A DNA stretch of 64,000 nt, from the NCBI GenBank assembly GCA_026936335.1, contig JAPMXV010000016.1, positions 62,001 to 126,000 on the forward strand. Reading direction: 5' to 3'. Positions 1 to 11,789 of the stretch are shown in pieces; positions within the stretch are counted from its first letter, which is position 1; the number at the start of each line of letters is the position of its first letter. This stretch comes from Mantamonas sphyraenae STR306 (taxonomy: Eukaryota; Protista; CRuMs). The position numbers were made by a program, and so were the translations under genes. The notes beneath the pieces are model-generated. The model saw only the letters and a list, made by a program, of their open reading frames with translations. It was not told where the DNA came from and searched no databases.

Positions 1-879
1 GCGTCTGCTTCCACTCATGGCGGCCAGGTGGAGGCAGGTGCGCCCGTTGGCGTCCTGGGCATCGACGGTTGCGCCGTGCCGCAGCAACAGCTGCAAACAG
101 GACACTTGCGCCATTTCCAGCTGTCTGGTCTGCACCTGTGTTTTGCTTGTGTCCTCTTCAGACAACTCTGCGGTGACACCCGCCTGGCTGAGAGTAGACG
201 GGGGCGCGGAAACACCCTTGTGCAGCTGCAGAGCACAGATAATGTGCACGGGAGCCAAACCTTGATTGTTGGCCACGTCCACACTGGCGCCAAGCTCCAG
301 CAACATCTGCACCAGATCCTCGTGTGCTCTGCGAAGGGCAAGGTGCAACGGTGTGTTGCCGTCCTTGTCCCTCTCGTCCAACATCTGCATGTGCTCCATG
401 CTCAGGTGGGGCACCAGAGCAAGAGCTTGTTCCTTGCTCCCATGCAGCGCCAGAGTGTGCATCAGCGAGAAGGAGCGCTTGTCGCGATGGAACACGGCGC
501 GGTGCACCTCCGAGTCGTCCAGCTGCGCCAGTTCCCGGCACGCGCCACGCAGCATGAGAGCATTGCCGTACACCACCATGCACTGCAACACAGACATCTC
601 TGGCCACGTGCTTGCGTGTTCAACCAACCGCACCGGGTTCTCCTCCAACAGCCTTTGGACCGTGGCCACGTTGGCCTGCATCACAGCCTGCACCAGCTCG
701 CTTTCCTCGCCTTCCCAGCTTTCTGCAAGCCCACCCCCGTATCCACCCCCATTGCTTCTGCTGTGTTGTTGTATGTGCCGCACCGTCGCCCCATGGCCGA
801 TCCAGTGCGTCGTTGTCGACGTGTTTGTAACAGGAGCGGTGTCGAAAGACGTTGCCGTGGGCGGATGCTTTGCCATCAT
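1..879 (-). CDS. Ankyrin-repeat protein, 5' part (runs off the window start)
   Basis: Open frame from ATG at 879 (MMAKHPP...) to position 1, with ankyrin motifs DKDGNTPLHLA, NNQGLAPVHI and DANGRTCLHLAA. It is absent from the ORF track because there is no stop in the window. Confidence 0.85.
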   Translation of the reverse strand, partial: MMAKHPPTATSFDTAPVTNTSTTTHWIGHGATVRHIQQHSRSNGGGYGGGLAESWEGEESELVQAVMQANVATVQRLLEENPVRLVEHASTWPEMSVLQCMVVYGNALMLRGACRELAQLDDSEVHRAVFHRDKRSFSLMHTLALHGSKEQALALVPHLSMEHMQMLDERDKDGNTPLHLALRRAHEDLVQMLLELGASVDVANNQGLAPVHIICALQLHKGVSAPPSTLSQAGVTAELSEEDTSKTQVQTRQLEMAQVSCLQLLLRHGATVDAQDANGRTCLHLAAMSGSRR

Positions 880-2874
880 GTTGGTGATGTGTGGGATACT
901 TGAATGCCGACTTTCACTCCTTCAATCCAACAGCGCACACTTGCACCCCCACCCTGGCCTTCTTTGGTCCCGACCACGCTCGCTTGCACAGCTCACGTCG
1001 TTCCTCAGTTCCTCACCCAATCCAATCCCAATACCATCCATGCAGCCATTCCTTTTTCATTTACTCCTTATCCTCCTTGTTCTCCTCGCCCTGGATGTCC
1101 GACGTCCACAGCGTCAGGTTGTCGCGCAGCAGCTGCATGATCAGAGTCGAGTCCTTGTACGACTCCTCAGACAGCGTGTCAAGCTCCGCAATCGCGTCAT
1201 CAAACGCCTGCTTGGCCAGCTGGCAAGCACGGTCGGGGCTGTTCAGGATCTCGTAGTAGAACACAGAAAAGTTCAGCGCCAGACCCAGGCGGATCGGGTG
1301 CGTCGGCGGCAGCTCAGTCATAGCGATGTCGCTTGCGGCCTTGTATGCCACCAGCGAGTTCTCGGCTGCCTCCTTGCGTGCACCACCCGTGGCAAACTCG
1401 GCCAGGTAGCGGTGGTAGTCGCCCTTCCTGCTCCCAACGTCCACACAAACACACACACACACGCATACACACACACACAGGTGTGGCAACAAGGTGTACA
1501 CAGATTCCTCACCGGTGTCAGCGACCGTTGCCAGCCCCCAATTCCATCACCCCAGTTTCCAAACACAACCCTCACCCGCCGCACAACTCACATCTTGAAG
1601 TAGAACACCTTGCTCTCCCCAGACGTGGCGCTCTTGATCAGATGGTCGTCCAGCACGCTCAGGATGTCTGTGCAGATGTTGGTCAGCTCAGCCTCGATCT
1701 TCTGGCGGTAGGCCTTGATGCGGGCCACGTGGTTCTCGTTGCCCTTGTTCTCCTCCTTCTGCTCCTGCGCTCGGAAGAACGATTTTTTCAGCCCGCCCAA
1801 AACACAACGCGCCGTGCGTGCCCACGCCATTGTGTGCGTGCGTGTGTATTTGTACGCGTGTACACACATGTCCATGTGTCCGTGTACACCGTGTGTGCAT
1901 GGTCCCGTGGTGTGTTGTGTCCCGTGTGTGTGTGCATGGTCCCGTTTTGTGTCAGCTGCTCGCTCCCACATTTCCCCTCTCGCCCCACCCCGCTTCCGTC
2001 TTTATCCCCCCACTCTCCCCATGAACAACTCCACCGCCTCCACCGCCTCCCCACTCTCCTCAACCTACAATGCTCGACACAATGCGCCAGCTCGCGCGGC
2101 GTGCGCCGATCACGTTCTTGTAAGCCACGGACAGCAGGTTGCGCTCCTCCACCGTCAGCTCCAAGTTCAGCTTGGCCACGCCCTTCATGGCCTCCACCAT
2201 CTCGTCGTAGCGCTCAGCCTGCTCCGACAGCTGTGTGTGCCCATCCGTCGTGCCATGGAGTATCGTGCGTATGCGTGTCAGAGTGTGTGCGTGTGCGGAG
2301 GGAGAAAAGACAAGCAAAGAAGAGGCGACTTCTCGATCCGCAGGCGAGAGAACAAAAACGCCTGCGCATTGCCCTTTTTGGACGGGCGGGGAGTGCAGGA
2401 AGGGAGGAGGGAGAGACACACGGACCTTGGCAAGGTAAACGTTCTCGTCACGGGTGTCGCTCATTGTGTGTGCGTGTGGGGTGTGTTTTTTGATGGATTG
2501 AGCGGGGCAAGAGAAGTGGCGTTGATAAGCGGGAGGGCGTTTTGCGCTGATGAGTGGACAGCGGGACAACAGGGCAGAAAAGGGACCGGGGCGGGGATGG
2601 AGCGGATGAGATGGGGTTTCCGATGACGGAAATGGAAATGGGGACCTTGGAGATGGAGATGGGAGGGTAGTGTGGGAGGTGATGGGAAGGGTGAGAAGGA
2701 GAGCGCGTAGAGGTGGAAGGGCAGTGCGGGAGAGCAAGGGCGTGATCAGGATCGGCCGGGTTGAGTGGGGGACAGCATGGATGACAAAGAGGTGCACATG
2801 TGTACTTTGGCTTTATCGAGGATGTCCAGGACCGCTTGTGAATCCGGCAGCTTCAACTGAGCCAACGCAATGGA
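695..2874. repeat. Inverted segmental duplication, arm 1 (ankyrin 5' end, whole 14-3-3 gene and divergent promoter)
   Basis: Reverse complement of about 9974..12150, differing only by scattered substitutions and small indels. Boundaries were located by eye. Confidence 0.95.
1061..2464 (-). CDS. 14-3-3 protein, copy A (4 exons)
   Basis: Motifs [66 protein letters not shown] and [19 protein letters not shown], joined across three GT-AG introns. Confidence 0.97.
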
Positions 2875-4861
2875 GGTTGAGGAGAACGTCGCAGAGCAAG
2901 TCGAGGAAAACACACAGCAGGAGCAAGAGAAGGAACAAGAGCGTGAACGGCTTGCGGCGCGCATGTCGCAGCCAGACGCAATTATGAACAAAGACACAAC
3001 GTCCAACCTGTTTGCGTTTATCAGCCATGGTGGGGCGCCAGAGGTAGGTGGAGCATGTCGCGCCAAGCTCGTTTTGCACGGAACTGACGCGTATGGCACG
3101 ACCACTGGGTGTTTGTGACGTGTACGCACGCAGACGGCGGTGAGGTTGCTGAGCGAATCGTATGTCGGGTACGCCTCCATGGTTAACCTGTGTGTGGACT
3201 GGATAGACCAGATTGACGACAGCGAGGCAACGGGACGTGCGGAGGGCGGGACGTCACAGGCGGCGTCGTCGTCTTCGTCGTCGTCGTCATCGAGCATGGA
3301 GGTTGAGTCGGCCCGCAAGAAGCACAGCAAGGGCATGGCAGTGGTGGAGGACCACGTGTTCTCGCTTATCAAAGCCAAGTTTGATCCGGGCAAGGCGGAC
3401 ACCGTGTTCCAGGATAAACGCAGCGCCCCGGCGTGGCTGACACAGATGACACACTCGAAGAAATCGCGACAACTGGTTTACGACCTGATTGAACGACACA
3501 AGCACTGCCTGCTGCTGAACTTTGCAATCCAACGAGTTTCCGAAGCCGGCTACTTTGCAGAGATCTCGTCAGCCAGCACGGCTGCCGCGTTCTTTGGCGT
3601 GTTCAATGGCGTGGTCACCGAGTCGCTGTCGTCCATCATTGACAGCAACGACGAGGACGAGCTGCAGCTTCTGCTGCCGAATTTTGTACACATGGCGAGC
3701 GCCAACCAACACACATACCTGTATTCGCAAACCATGGTGCAGGAGCTGATACGACGCACAGGGAACGACGCACTGCGCCGCCTGTCGCAGGAGTTGGAGC
3801 AGCACAGCGCACAGCACGGCGGCAAGATGGTGTGGCGACTGAACGGCATGCTGACGCACCTGAACGAGTACACCGAGCTTGTGGAAATCATTTCGTCTGT
3901 GTTGAGCACGGGGCAACTGCACAACGCAGACATCATGAGCCTGGCTCACGCTTACAGTGGCAAGGCAGGGGCACCACCTCCGGTCCGCTTCCTGCGACAC
4001 CCTATGCTTCTGGACATCATCCTGCACAATCTATTCCGCGCCAACAACCGCTTGGGCAATGACTTGGTCAAGAATCACATGTATGTACTGGCGTACGCGT
4101 CCTGCGTGCCCGACTTTGACGGCGGCGAATCGTACGAGGACGAGCGGGAGGAGCGGGACGTGGAGGGAGGCGTGTATCTGACGTCACGCATCAAGAAGGA
4201 AGTGCGCGGCACCGTAGAGGCACTCAAGGAAACGTGGGACGCGTGTATGAGCAACAACACAGCAGGGGCAGATCTGGGCCGCGTGGCAAGCCGTGTGGGC
4301 ATGCATCTTACGGTGCCCATTGTGGCTGCTGCGCTGGTGAACTGGACACGCGAGTCGTACACAGACCCATCGTTCTATGCAAAGTCCATGGTGACCAACA
4401 GGCTGCGCACAGGCCTGGATGTGCTTGCGGTGGTGGCTGATTTGCACCCTGGACTGCACCCGCGACTGCTCCAGCTCTACCGCGATGCGTTTGTCATTGA
4501 AAAGCCAGACATCGACTCGGACGAGTGGCTGCTGGAAGTGGAGGCCATGCTGCTGGACGCCATGCTGCATTTGGCATTGTGTGGCCACGTGCTTCCGGTC
4601 ATGCGCTGCATGAACGACCTAGCAGCCACAACAGATCAGTCACTCCTGCGCGATTTCATTGGGAATCTGCTGCAGGCCATTGAGGCACCATTCTCACACG
4701 AGTTTGCAGCAGCAATGGTGCGTTTGATGACCAATAGCACAAAGACACTGCAGGCGCTGTCGCTTCGACGTGCCATTGTCGACCGCTTCATTGACGATGT
4801 CCAAGGCATGAACATGGATACAGATACGCAGGGACGGCTGTTGCTCCTGGCACAGCAGTGA
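2870..4861 (+). CDS. NELFCD: Negative elongation factor C/D (TH1-like); intron 3044..3133
   Basis: GGAPE|TAVRLLSESY, FDPGKADTVF, PAWL, CLLLNFAIQRVSEAGY, HTYLYSQ and PPPVRFLR match TH1L hallmarks. The intron joins the two ORFs in frame. Confidence 0.9.
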
Positions 4862-4948
4862 GGGTGGGTTGGAACCGAGCTGCAGTGTATCGAACGAACA
4901 ATGAACACGTTTCATTCCTGTTTCCAGACATCCGTTCTCATTCCAGCA

Positions 4949-5818
4949 TCAGGACTTGACCACCCACATGGGGCTGGCATACCAGGAGGGCTCTGTGAGG
5001 GGCCAGATGGCGGCGCAAAAGCCGACGAGGCCGACGACATAGGCCGTGCAGGCAATGGCGCGGCGGCGGTGGATCCAGGCCTCTTCAAAGTCGGGAAAGC
5101 CCATGGTATTGCAGAACATGTGGGCAAGCATGGGACCAAACACGTGGCCGGTGCGCAGAAAGAAAAAGGTGGAGATCCAGCCAAAGAGGGTGGTGTAGAA
5201 GAGTTGGAAGAGGACAGAGACCCATGCTTCGGCAAGGGTGTAGCCCTGCTTATTGTAGTGCTCGATGACGTGGTGCATGTGTGCGGCGCCGAAAAACAAA
5301 GGCACACAGAAGGTGATGGTCACGGAGTTGACGCCTGTGCCGAGAAGGAAGGGGATCATGCATGCACGGAAGCACCACTCCTCGGCCACGGGCGCCACAA
5401 TGATGTTGCGCACGTCGATGATGCCAAACGTGGCGTGTTGCCACCTGTGTTTGATGTAGGTCCAGGGCTGGTCGGTGAGGAGAAACTCGGTGACGAGCGG
5501 GCCAAGGAACAGTGTCATCATGAGGAGGAGCGGGACAAAGGTGGCAAGCAACATGCCTTGGGGTTGGAACCCAAACCAGACATACCATGGCAGGCTGAGT
5601 GTGCCTGCCGGGGCCGGGTCGTAGCGAGCGAGCAAAACCACCAGGAGGGTGGCGAGCACAGAGGTGATAAAGGTGGAGATGAAGCGTTGGCGAATAAAGA
5701 CCGGGTCGTCACGCGAGCGTACGGTGGAGCCTCGCCAGATGTACAAAGAGAGCACAAAGCCGAGCGCTATGGCGAGGCAACAACACACGCCGGCCCAGAC
5801 TGGCAAATCAAACCACAT
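4949..5818 (-). CDS. RCE1: CAAX prenyl protease 2 (Rce1)
   Basis: VAPVAEEWCFRACM, FFGAAHMHH and HMFCNTMGFP motifs in a multi-TM protein. Likely start is MWFDLP at 5818. Confidence 0.93.
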   Translation of the reverse strand: MWFDLPVWAGVCCCLAIALGFVLSLYIWRGSTVRSRDDPVFIRQRFISTFITSVLATLLVVLLARYDPAPAGTLSLPWYVWFGFQPQGMLLATFVPLLLMMTLFLGPLVTEFLLTDQPWTYIKHRWQHATFGIIDVRNIIVAPVAEEWCFRACMIPFLLGTGVNSVTITFCVPLFFGAAHMHHVIEHYNKQGYTLAEAWVSVLFQLFYTTLFGWISTFFFLRTGHVFGPMLAHMFCNTMGFPDFEEAWIHRRRAIACTAYVVGLVGFCAAIWPLTEPSWYASPMWVVKS

Positions 5819-5996
5819 GGTTGGGCAGAGACGGAAACAGGGAGGTTGCAAGGAGCGGGAGCGGGTGTGCTGGGGAGAAGATCGAGAATGGAGGGTCGCA
5901 CGTGGCGCAGAGGTGTGTGTGCGGTGTCGTTTGTTGCGCTGGTGGAAGCAGGGCAAACAGAGAGAGTGAGGGCCGACAACACGTTTGCACGGTTGG

Positions 5997-6872
5997 ATGA
6001 CGAAGCAGTTGCAAACAGACCAGACGGACATCACATGGAGGCATGAGCAGAAGCTGGGGTTTGCCAACCCGGAGCAGGTGGTGCACTGGTACTTCCGCGA
6101 TTCGCCGTTCTACGACCGCGAGTGCGACAACGAGGTGCTGATCATGAACAAGGCGGCCGCAAACGCAGAGGAAACGGACTTTTCGCCGCTGATGAACATG
6201 AAGGGGGTGCAGTACGTGTACAACGAGGCGCTGTCGCGGCCTCCCGAGTTGCTTGTGGTGCAGAAACACAAGCGGCTGAGTCCAACCAAAGTGGACGTGC
6301 TTGGCCTGTACTACATCCTGCACGGTTCCATCTACCAATGTCCAGACATCCACACGGTGTGTGTATCGCGGCTGGAAAAGTGTATGTACCACCTGGGGAG
6401 GGCGTTTGAACAGCTGCAACGCCCGCTGCGATACCAAGTGCCCGGCCAGCACTGGTGGGACTTGTCGGCGCTGCTACAGGGCAAAGGCACTGGTGTGGGC
6501 AGCAGTGTGAGCTCAGAGAATGTCAGGATGAGCGCAGGCGGTGAAGAGGCAGGGGCAGCCCCACGAAGCCGTGCTGCAACTCGCTTCCAACAGGCCAAAC
6601 TCGACCGCATTCTGAGCTTCCTTTTTGTGGAACAGGACAAACTGGATGCACACGTGGAAGAGCTGCGTGCAGAGCAGAGCGCACGAAGAGCAGCGGAGGC
6701 AGAAGCACAAGCAGCGGCAGAGGCTGAGGCACACGCAGAATCGGCGTCGAGCAATGCTGGTGCCAACATCAACAGCGTGGGGGGAGAGACAGGGAGGAAA
6801 CGGGAGCGAGATGAAATGGAGGGTCAGGAGGGGACGGGGATGGGGGGAGATGAAAAGAAACAAAGAGTGTAG
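5997..6872 (+). CDS. MED6: Mediator subunit 6
   Basis: YFRDSPFYDRECDNE, LLVVQKHKRLSP and YYILHGSIYQCPD...SRL. Confidence 0.9.
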   Translation: MTKQLQTDQTDITWRHEQKLGFANPEQVVHWYFRDSPFYDRECDNEVLIMNKAAANAEETDFSPLMNMKGVQYVYNEALSRPPELLVVQKHKRLSPTKVDVLGLYYILHGSIYQCPDIHTVCVSRLEKCMYHLGRAFEQLQRPLRYQVPGQHWWDLSALLQGKGTGVGSSVSSENVRMSAGGEEAGAAPRSRAATRFQQAKLDRILSFLFVEQDKLDAHVEELRAEQSARRAAEAEAQAAAEAEAHAESASSNAGANINSVGGETGRKRERDEMEGQEGTGMGGDEKKQRV

Positions 6873-6880
6873 TCGTCGCG

Positions 6881-8443
6881 TCAACCTCCACCGTACAGCG
6901 CTGTCCACAAATAGGCCTGTGAGATAAGGGCGTCAATGTCTGCGAGAGTCCAGCAGGAGACGGTGTCCGGCAGGGACTGGAAACAGGTCATGATCTCGAT
7001 AAAGTCGCCGTCGAGGAGTCCCGCGGCGTGGAGACGATCCATCATGGCCGCACAGACGTAGACATGGAAACGGGAGATGGAATCGGGCTGGCCAAGGTAA
7101 ACGTCCCAGATGCGGAGGATGGCGGGCATGGGAAACTCTCGCAGTCCCAGGCAGTTGATCCAGCGGAAACCAAACTGGATGTACTGGCAGTTTTCGTTCT
7201 CCATGTGCTGCCACAGGGGCTTGTTGACACGTCCCACCAGCTCCTTGAGGTCAAACAGGCACTGTTGGATGCCCGGCTGGGAAGGAGTGTAGTGGTCCTG
7301 CAGGCCACTGAGCAGGCTCCACAGGCACCAGAACGAGTCTGCTTCGACGAGCTGCAATTGTTTGTCGTCAAGTTGGTCTGCATCGAGGGAGGCCAGGTTG
7401 TCGAGAGTGTTATCGACGGTCATGTGCTCGCTGGCAAAGGTTAAGACAAAAGGAGTGAGGAGGTCGTTGATGCCCTGCACGTAGCCACAGCCCGGGTGTC
7501 GCACAGCCCATATGTACAAGACGCGACGCATGAGTTCCTGGATGGCCGAGTGTTGGAAGAAAGGCAGGTCGGCGTTTGTGCGTGGCAGGTCTTTGCCAAT
7601 CTGCACCAACCAGCCCGTTTCGTACTCGTCGCGGCTATCCTCGGCGTCGGGTCCAAAGTGACGCGCCACACTGTCGGCATACTCTTTGCGCTTGCGTTGC
7701 ATGGCACTTTCCCTTCGTTCCCTGCGCGCAGGGGCATACGCAAGGAGCAGTTTCCACACCTCGGGTCGCACGGGCATGGGCACGCCATCCCAGGCCACTT
7801 CACGCATTGTGTCCATGTCCAGCAAGTCTGCGTCGATGAGTTGGCGCAGCCGAGCCATGCGTTTCACCTCTTTGCTGCTTAGTCCTTGACTGGGGTCTCG
7901 TTCTTCTTTGCCATCTCGCGGCTGCTGTACAATGTCGCTGGCCACGTCGATCACCGTGTCGGTTTCCACGTCGGCGGCAGTGTCTTGAACATCGTCGTTG
8001 CTGTTGCTCTGCTGGCCGACGTCCTCACTGGAGGTTGCGCCTCCGCTGCCCGATGAAGAGGCGCTTTCCTCGCGTTGCCTTCGCTTTTCCTGGCCGGCAC
8101 GCACCGACGATTCGACCACGTCCTCCACGGCCACCCCTTTGAGGCCGCCTGTAGTGGGTTCGTTGAACAGTGGTGGGTAGGATGCGCCGTGAACAGAGCC
8201 TGCGCTGCTGTTGCTGCTGTTTGTGCTTGCGTTGGAGCTGCTTCGCGACGAGAACCAGCCACGCCGATTGCTTTTGCTCTTGGATCGCTTCTGCAGCTGC
8301 ACACGCACAGCCTCCTCTGCCGCAGACGGTGACTCGTCGTCCGCTCGGTGTTCTTCTCTTTCCTCCACCTGCACACTTGGGCCTTGTTGGCTCATCTGGA
8401 CCTGCTGGTGCAGGTCGTTGTCGTCCTCCTCCTCTTCCCACAT
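6881..8443 (-). CDS. TBC1D22: TBC-domain Rab GAP, TBC1D22/Gyp1 type (start codon uncertain)
   Basis: IGKDLPRT (arginine finger), GYVQGINDL (glutamine finger), EADSFWC, QFGFRWINCL and FHVYVCAA. Confidence 0.92.
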   Translation of the reverse strand: MWEEEEDDNDLHQQVQMSQQGPSVQVEEREEHRADDESPSAAEEAVRVQLQKRSKSKSNRRGWFSSRSSSNASTNSSNSSAGSVHGASYPPLFNEPTTGGLKGVAVEDVVESSVRAGQEKRRQREESASSSGSGGATSSEDVGQQSNSNDDVQDTAADVETDTVIDVASDIVQQPRDGKEERDPSQGLSSKEVKRMARLRQLIDADLLDMDTMREVAWDGVPMPVRPEVWKLLLAYAPARRERRESAMQRKRKEYADSVARHFGPDAEDSRDEYETGWLVQIGKDLPRTNADLPFFQHSAIQELMRRVLYIWAVRHPGCGYVQGINDLLTPFVLTFASEHMTVDNTLDNLASLDADQLDDKQLQLVEADSFWCLWSLLSGLQDHYTPSQPGIQQCLFDLKELVGRVNKPLWQHMENENCQYIQFGFRWINCLGLREFPMPAILRIWDVYLGQPDSISRFHVYVCAAMMDRLHAAGLLDGDFIEIMTCFQSLPDTVSCWTLADIDALISQAYLWTALYGGG

Positions 8444-8492
8444 CGTCAGGGCGTTGGTCGCGCCTGCGCACGCATCACCATCGAAACAGGGC

Positions 8493-9938
8493 ATGGCCAG
8501 CAAGGGCAAAAGCGTGACTTTGAACAACAAGGTGGATGGCGAGGAGGTTGCGCTTCTGTGTGAAGCCAGCGGACACACAGGCGACATCAACGACCTGCAG
8601 TACTACGCGCCCGACCGTGTCCTTTTCACCGCCTCCGAGGACAAGACCGTGGGCATTTGGGTTGTCGATTCCCGCAGCGAGTCACTCAAATACCAGCGGA
8701 CCATCATTCAGACGTAGGTTGCTCGCTCGCGCGTTGCGTTGCGTGGGGGAGTTGCTGTAGTTGGTTGTGGGGAAAGAGGCACCGCCTGACCGTTACCTGC
8801 CACTGTGCACAGATTCACGAGCAAGGCAGGCTGTGTGGCGTTCTGTGGTAGCAACAGGCTGCTCTTTGTGGGCCTGGGATCGGGAGAGATCATGACGCTG
8901 TGGGTCAAGCCGTCGTATGAGCAGGTGGAAGACCGCGAAATGATTGCCGGCCACAAGGACCGTGTGACACGCATCATCTACCACGAAGAGTCGGACAGTG
9001 TGATTTCGGTGTCACGAGACAAGACCATCCAGATCTACCAACGTGGGTCGAGGCAGCGTGCGACGCTGGACGGGTTGAAGGCCTGGGTTGCCTGTGCACT
9101 GCTGGACGAGCGCAACATGCGTCTGTACGCAGGCACATATCGCCAAGTGATCAAAGTGTTTGACTTGACATCACTGAAGAACCCGTCGGAGATGGAGGAG
9201 CTGCGCGAGCACAAGGGCAGCGTGCGCGCGTTGGCGATGGACACAGAAACGCAGACGCTGTACTCGGGTTCGTTTGACAGGGACGTGGTGCGTTGGGACG
9301 CCTCGAAGGACTATGCAGTGGTGGCAAGTCACATGAAGGGTCACACAGGCAAGGTCAAAGGCCTGGTGTGGTGGACAGCGGCCAAACGGCTGATCTCCTC
9401 GGGCGACGACAAACGCATCCTGGTGTGGGACGAGACCTCGGTAGAGCCCATTGCATGCATTGACAGAGCACACAAACGCGACATCCTAACACTTGCGTGG
9501 GACGAGCACGAGTGCATTTTGTTTTCCGCGGGTCGTGACGGCCTGATCAAGGCCTGGCAGTTTCCCAAGACGATGGACACAGTAGGGGCATCGTCTTCAT
9601 CATCTTCATCGACAGCCAAGTCCAGCGGATCGTCCTCTGCGAGTGCGGCCAAAGCCCAGGAGGATCAGGAAAAGGCTGCGTACCTCGAGTTGCAGCGCAA
9701 GCTCGAGGAACAGGAGAAGGCAGAGGCGGCCAATGCAGAACCAAAGGAAGAGGAGAAGGAGGAGGAGAAGGAAGAGGAGAAAGAGAAGGAGGAGGAGAAA
9801 GTGGAGGAGAAGAAACCAGCCAAGCAGGACGGGGAGGATGATGCAGAGGAAGAGACTGATGAATCTGAGTATGAGACAGACTATGAAACAGAGACAGAGG
9901 ATGAAGCGACGCCACGGGGCACAGAAAGGAAAGACTAA
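8493..9938 (+). CDS. WD40-repeat protein resembling WDFY1/2 but lacking FYVE, with an acidic tail; intron 8714..8812
   Basis: GH...WD repeats (GHTGDI, GHKDRV, EHKGSV, GHTGKV, AHKRDI) and an in-frame phase-2 intron. Confidence 0.85.
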
Positions 9939-10385
9939 TTCGGTGGGATCTCGTCTGTTCGGAGACTCTCCCATCCAGTGCGTTGGCTCGGTTGAAGCTG
10001 CCGGATTCACAAGTGGCCCTGGACATCCTCCATAAAGCCAAAGTACACATGTGCACCTCTTTGTCATCCATGCTGTCCCCCACTCAACCCGGCCGATCCT
10101 GATCACGCCCTTGCTCTCCCGCACTGCCCTTCCACCTCTACGCGCTCCCCTTCTCACCCTTCCCATCACCTCCCACACTACCCGCCCATCTCCATCTCCA
10201 AGGTCCCCATTTCCATTTCCGTCATCGGAAACCCCATCTCATCCGCTCCATCCACGCCCCGGTCCCTTTTTCTGCCCCGTTGTCCCGCTGTCCACTCATC
10301 AGCGCAAAACGCCCTCCCGCTTATCAACGCCACTTCTCTTGCCCCGCTCAATCCATCCAAAAAACACACCCCACACGCACACACA

Positions 10386-11789
10386 ATGAGCGACACCCGT
10401 GACGAGAACGTTTACCTTGCCAAGGTCCGTGTGTCTCCCTCCCTCCCTTCCTGCACTCCCCGCCCGTCCAAAAAGGGCAATGCGCAGGCGTTTTTGTTCT
10501 CTCGCCTGCGGATCGAGAAGTCGCCTCTTCTTTGCTTGTCTTTTCTCCCTCCGCACACGCACACACTCTGACACGCATACGCACGATACTCCACGGCACG
10601 ACGGATGGGCACACACAGCTGTCGGAGCAGGCTGAGCGCTACGACGAGATGGTGGAGGCCATGAAGGGCGTGGCCAAGCTGAACTTGGAGCTGACGGTGG
10701 AGGAGCGCAACCTGCTGTCCGTGGCTTACAAGAACGTGATCGGCGCACGCCGCGCAAGCTGGCGCATTGTGTCGAGCATTGTAGGTTGAGGAGAGGGGGG
10801 AGGTGGAGGAGGCGGTGGAGTTGTGCATGGGGAGAGTGGGGGGATAAAGACGGAAGCGGGGTGGGGCGAGAGGGGAAATGTGGGAGCGAGCAGCTGACAC
10901 AAAACGGGACCATGCACACACACACGGGACACAACACACCACGGGACCATGCACACACGGTGTACACGGACACATGGACATGTGTGTACACGCGTACAAA
11001 CACACACGCACGCACACAATGGCGTGGGCACGCACGGCGCGTTGTGTTTTGGGCGGGCTGAAAAAATCGTTCTTCCGAGCGCAGGAGCAGAAGGAGGAGA
11101 ACAAGGGCAACGAGAACCACGTGGCCCGCATCAAGGCCTACCGCCAGAAGATCGAGGCTGAGCTGACCAACATCTGCACAGACATCCTGAGCGTGCTGGA
11201 CGACCATCTGATCAAGAGCGCCACGTCTGGGGAGAGCAAGGTGTTCTACTTCAAGATGTGAGTTGTGCGGCGGGTGAGGGTTGTGTTTGGAAACTGGGGT
11301 GATGGAATTTGGGGGCTGGCAACGGTCGCTGACACCGGTGAGGGAACTGTGTACACCTTGTTGCCACACCTGTGTGTGTGTGTATGCGTGTGTGTGTGTG
11401 TTTGTGTGGACGTTGCGAGCAGGAAGGGCGACTACCACCGCTACCTGGCCGAGTTTGCCACGGGTGGCGCACGCAAGGAGGCAGCCGAGAACTCGCTGGT
11501 GGCATACAAGGCCGCAAGCGACATCGCTATGACTGAGCTGCCGCCGACGCACCCGATCCGCCTGGGTCTGGCGCTGAACTTTTCTGTGTTCTACTACGAG
11601 ATCCTGAACAGCCCCGACCGTGCTTGCCAGCTGGCCAAGCAGGCGTTTGATGACGCGATTGCGGAGCTTGACACGCTGTCTGAGGAGTCGTACAAGGACT
11701 CGACTCTGATCATGCAGCTGCTGCGCGACAACCTGACGCTGTGGACGTCGGACATCCAGGGCGAGGAGAACAAGGAGGATAAGGAGTAA
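10386..11789 (+). CDS. 14-3-3 protein, copy B (exons 10386-10424, 10619-10780, 11085-11257, 11423-11789)
   Basis: Same motifs and intron positions as copy A. The two exon differences noticed (GCG/GCA, GGT/GGC) are synonymous. Confidence 0.97.

Noticed and set aside
2870-6872. NELF-C/D and MED6 as a functional transcription gene cluster
   Set aside because: They are separated by the unrelated RCE1, and proximity is expected by chance in such a compact genome without synteny data.
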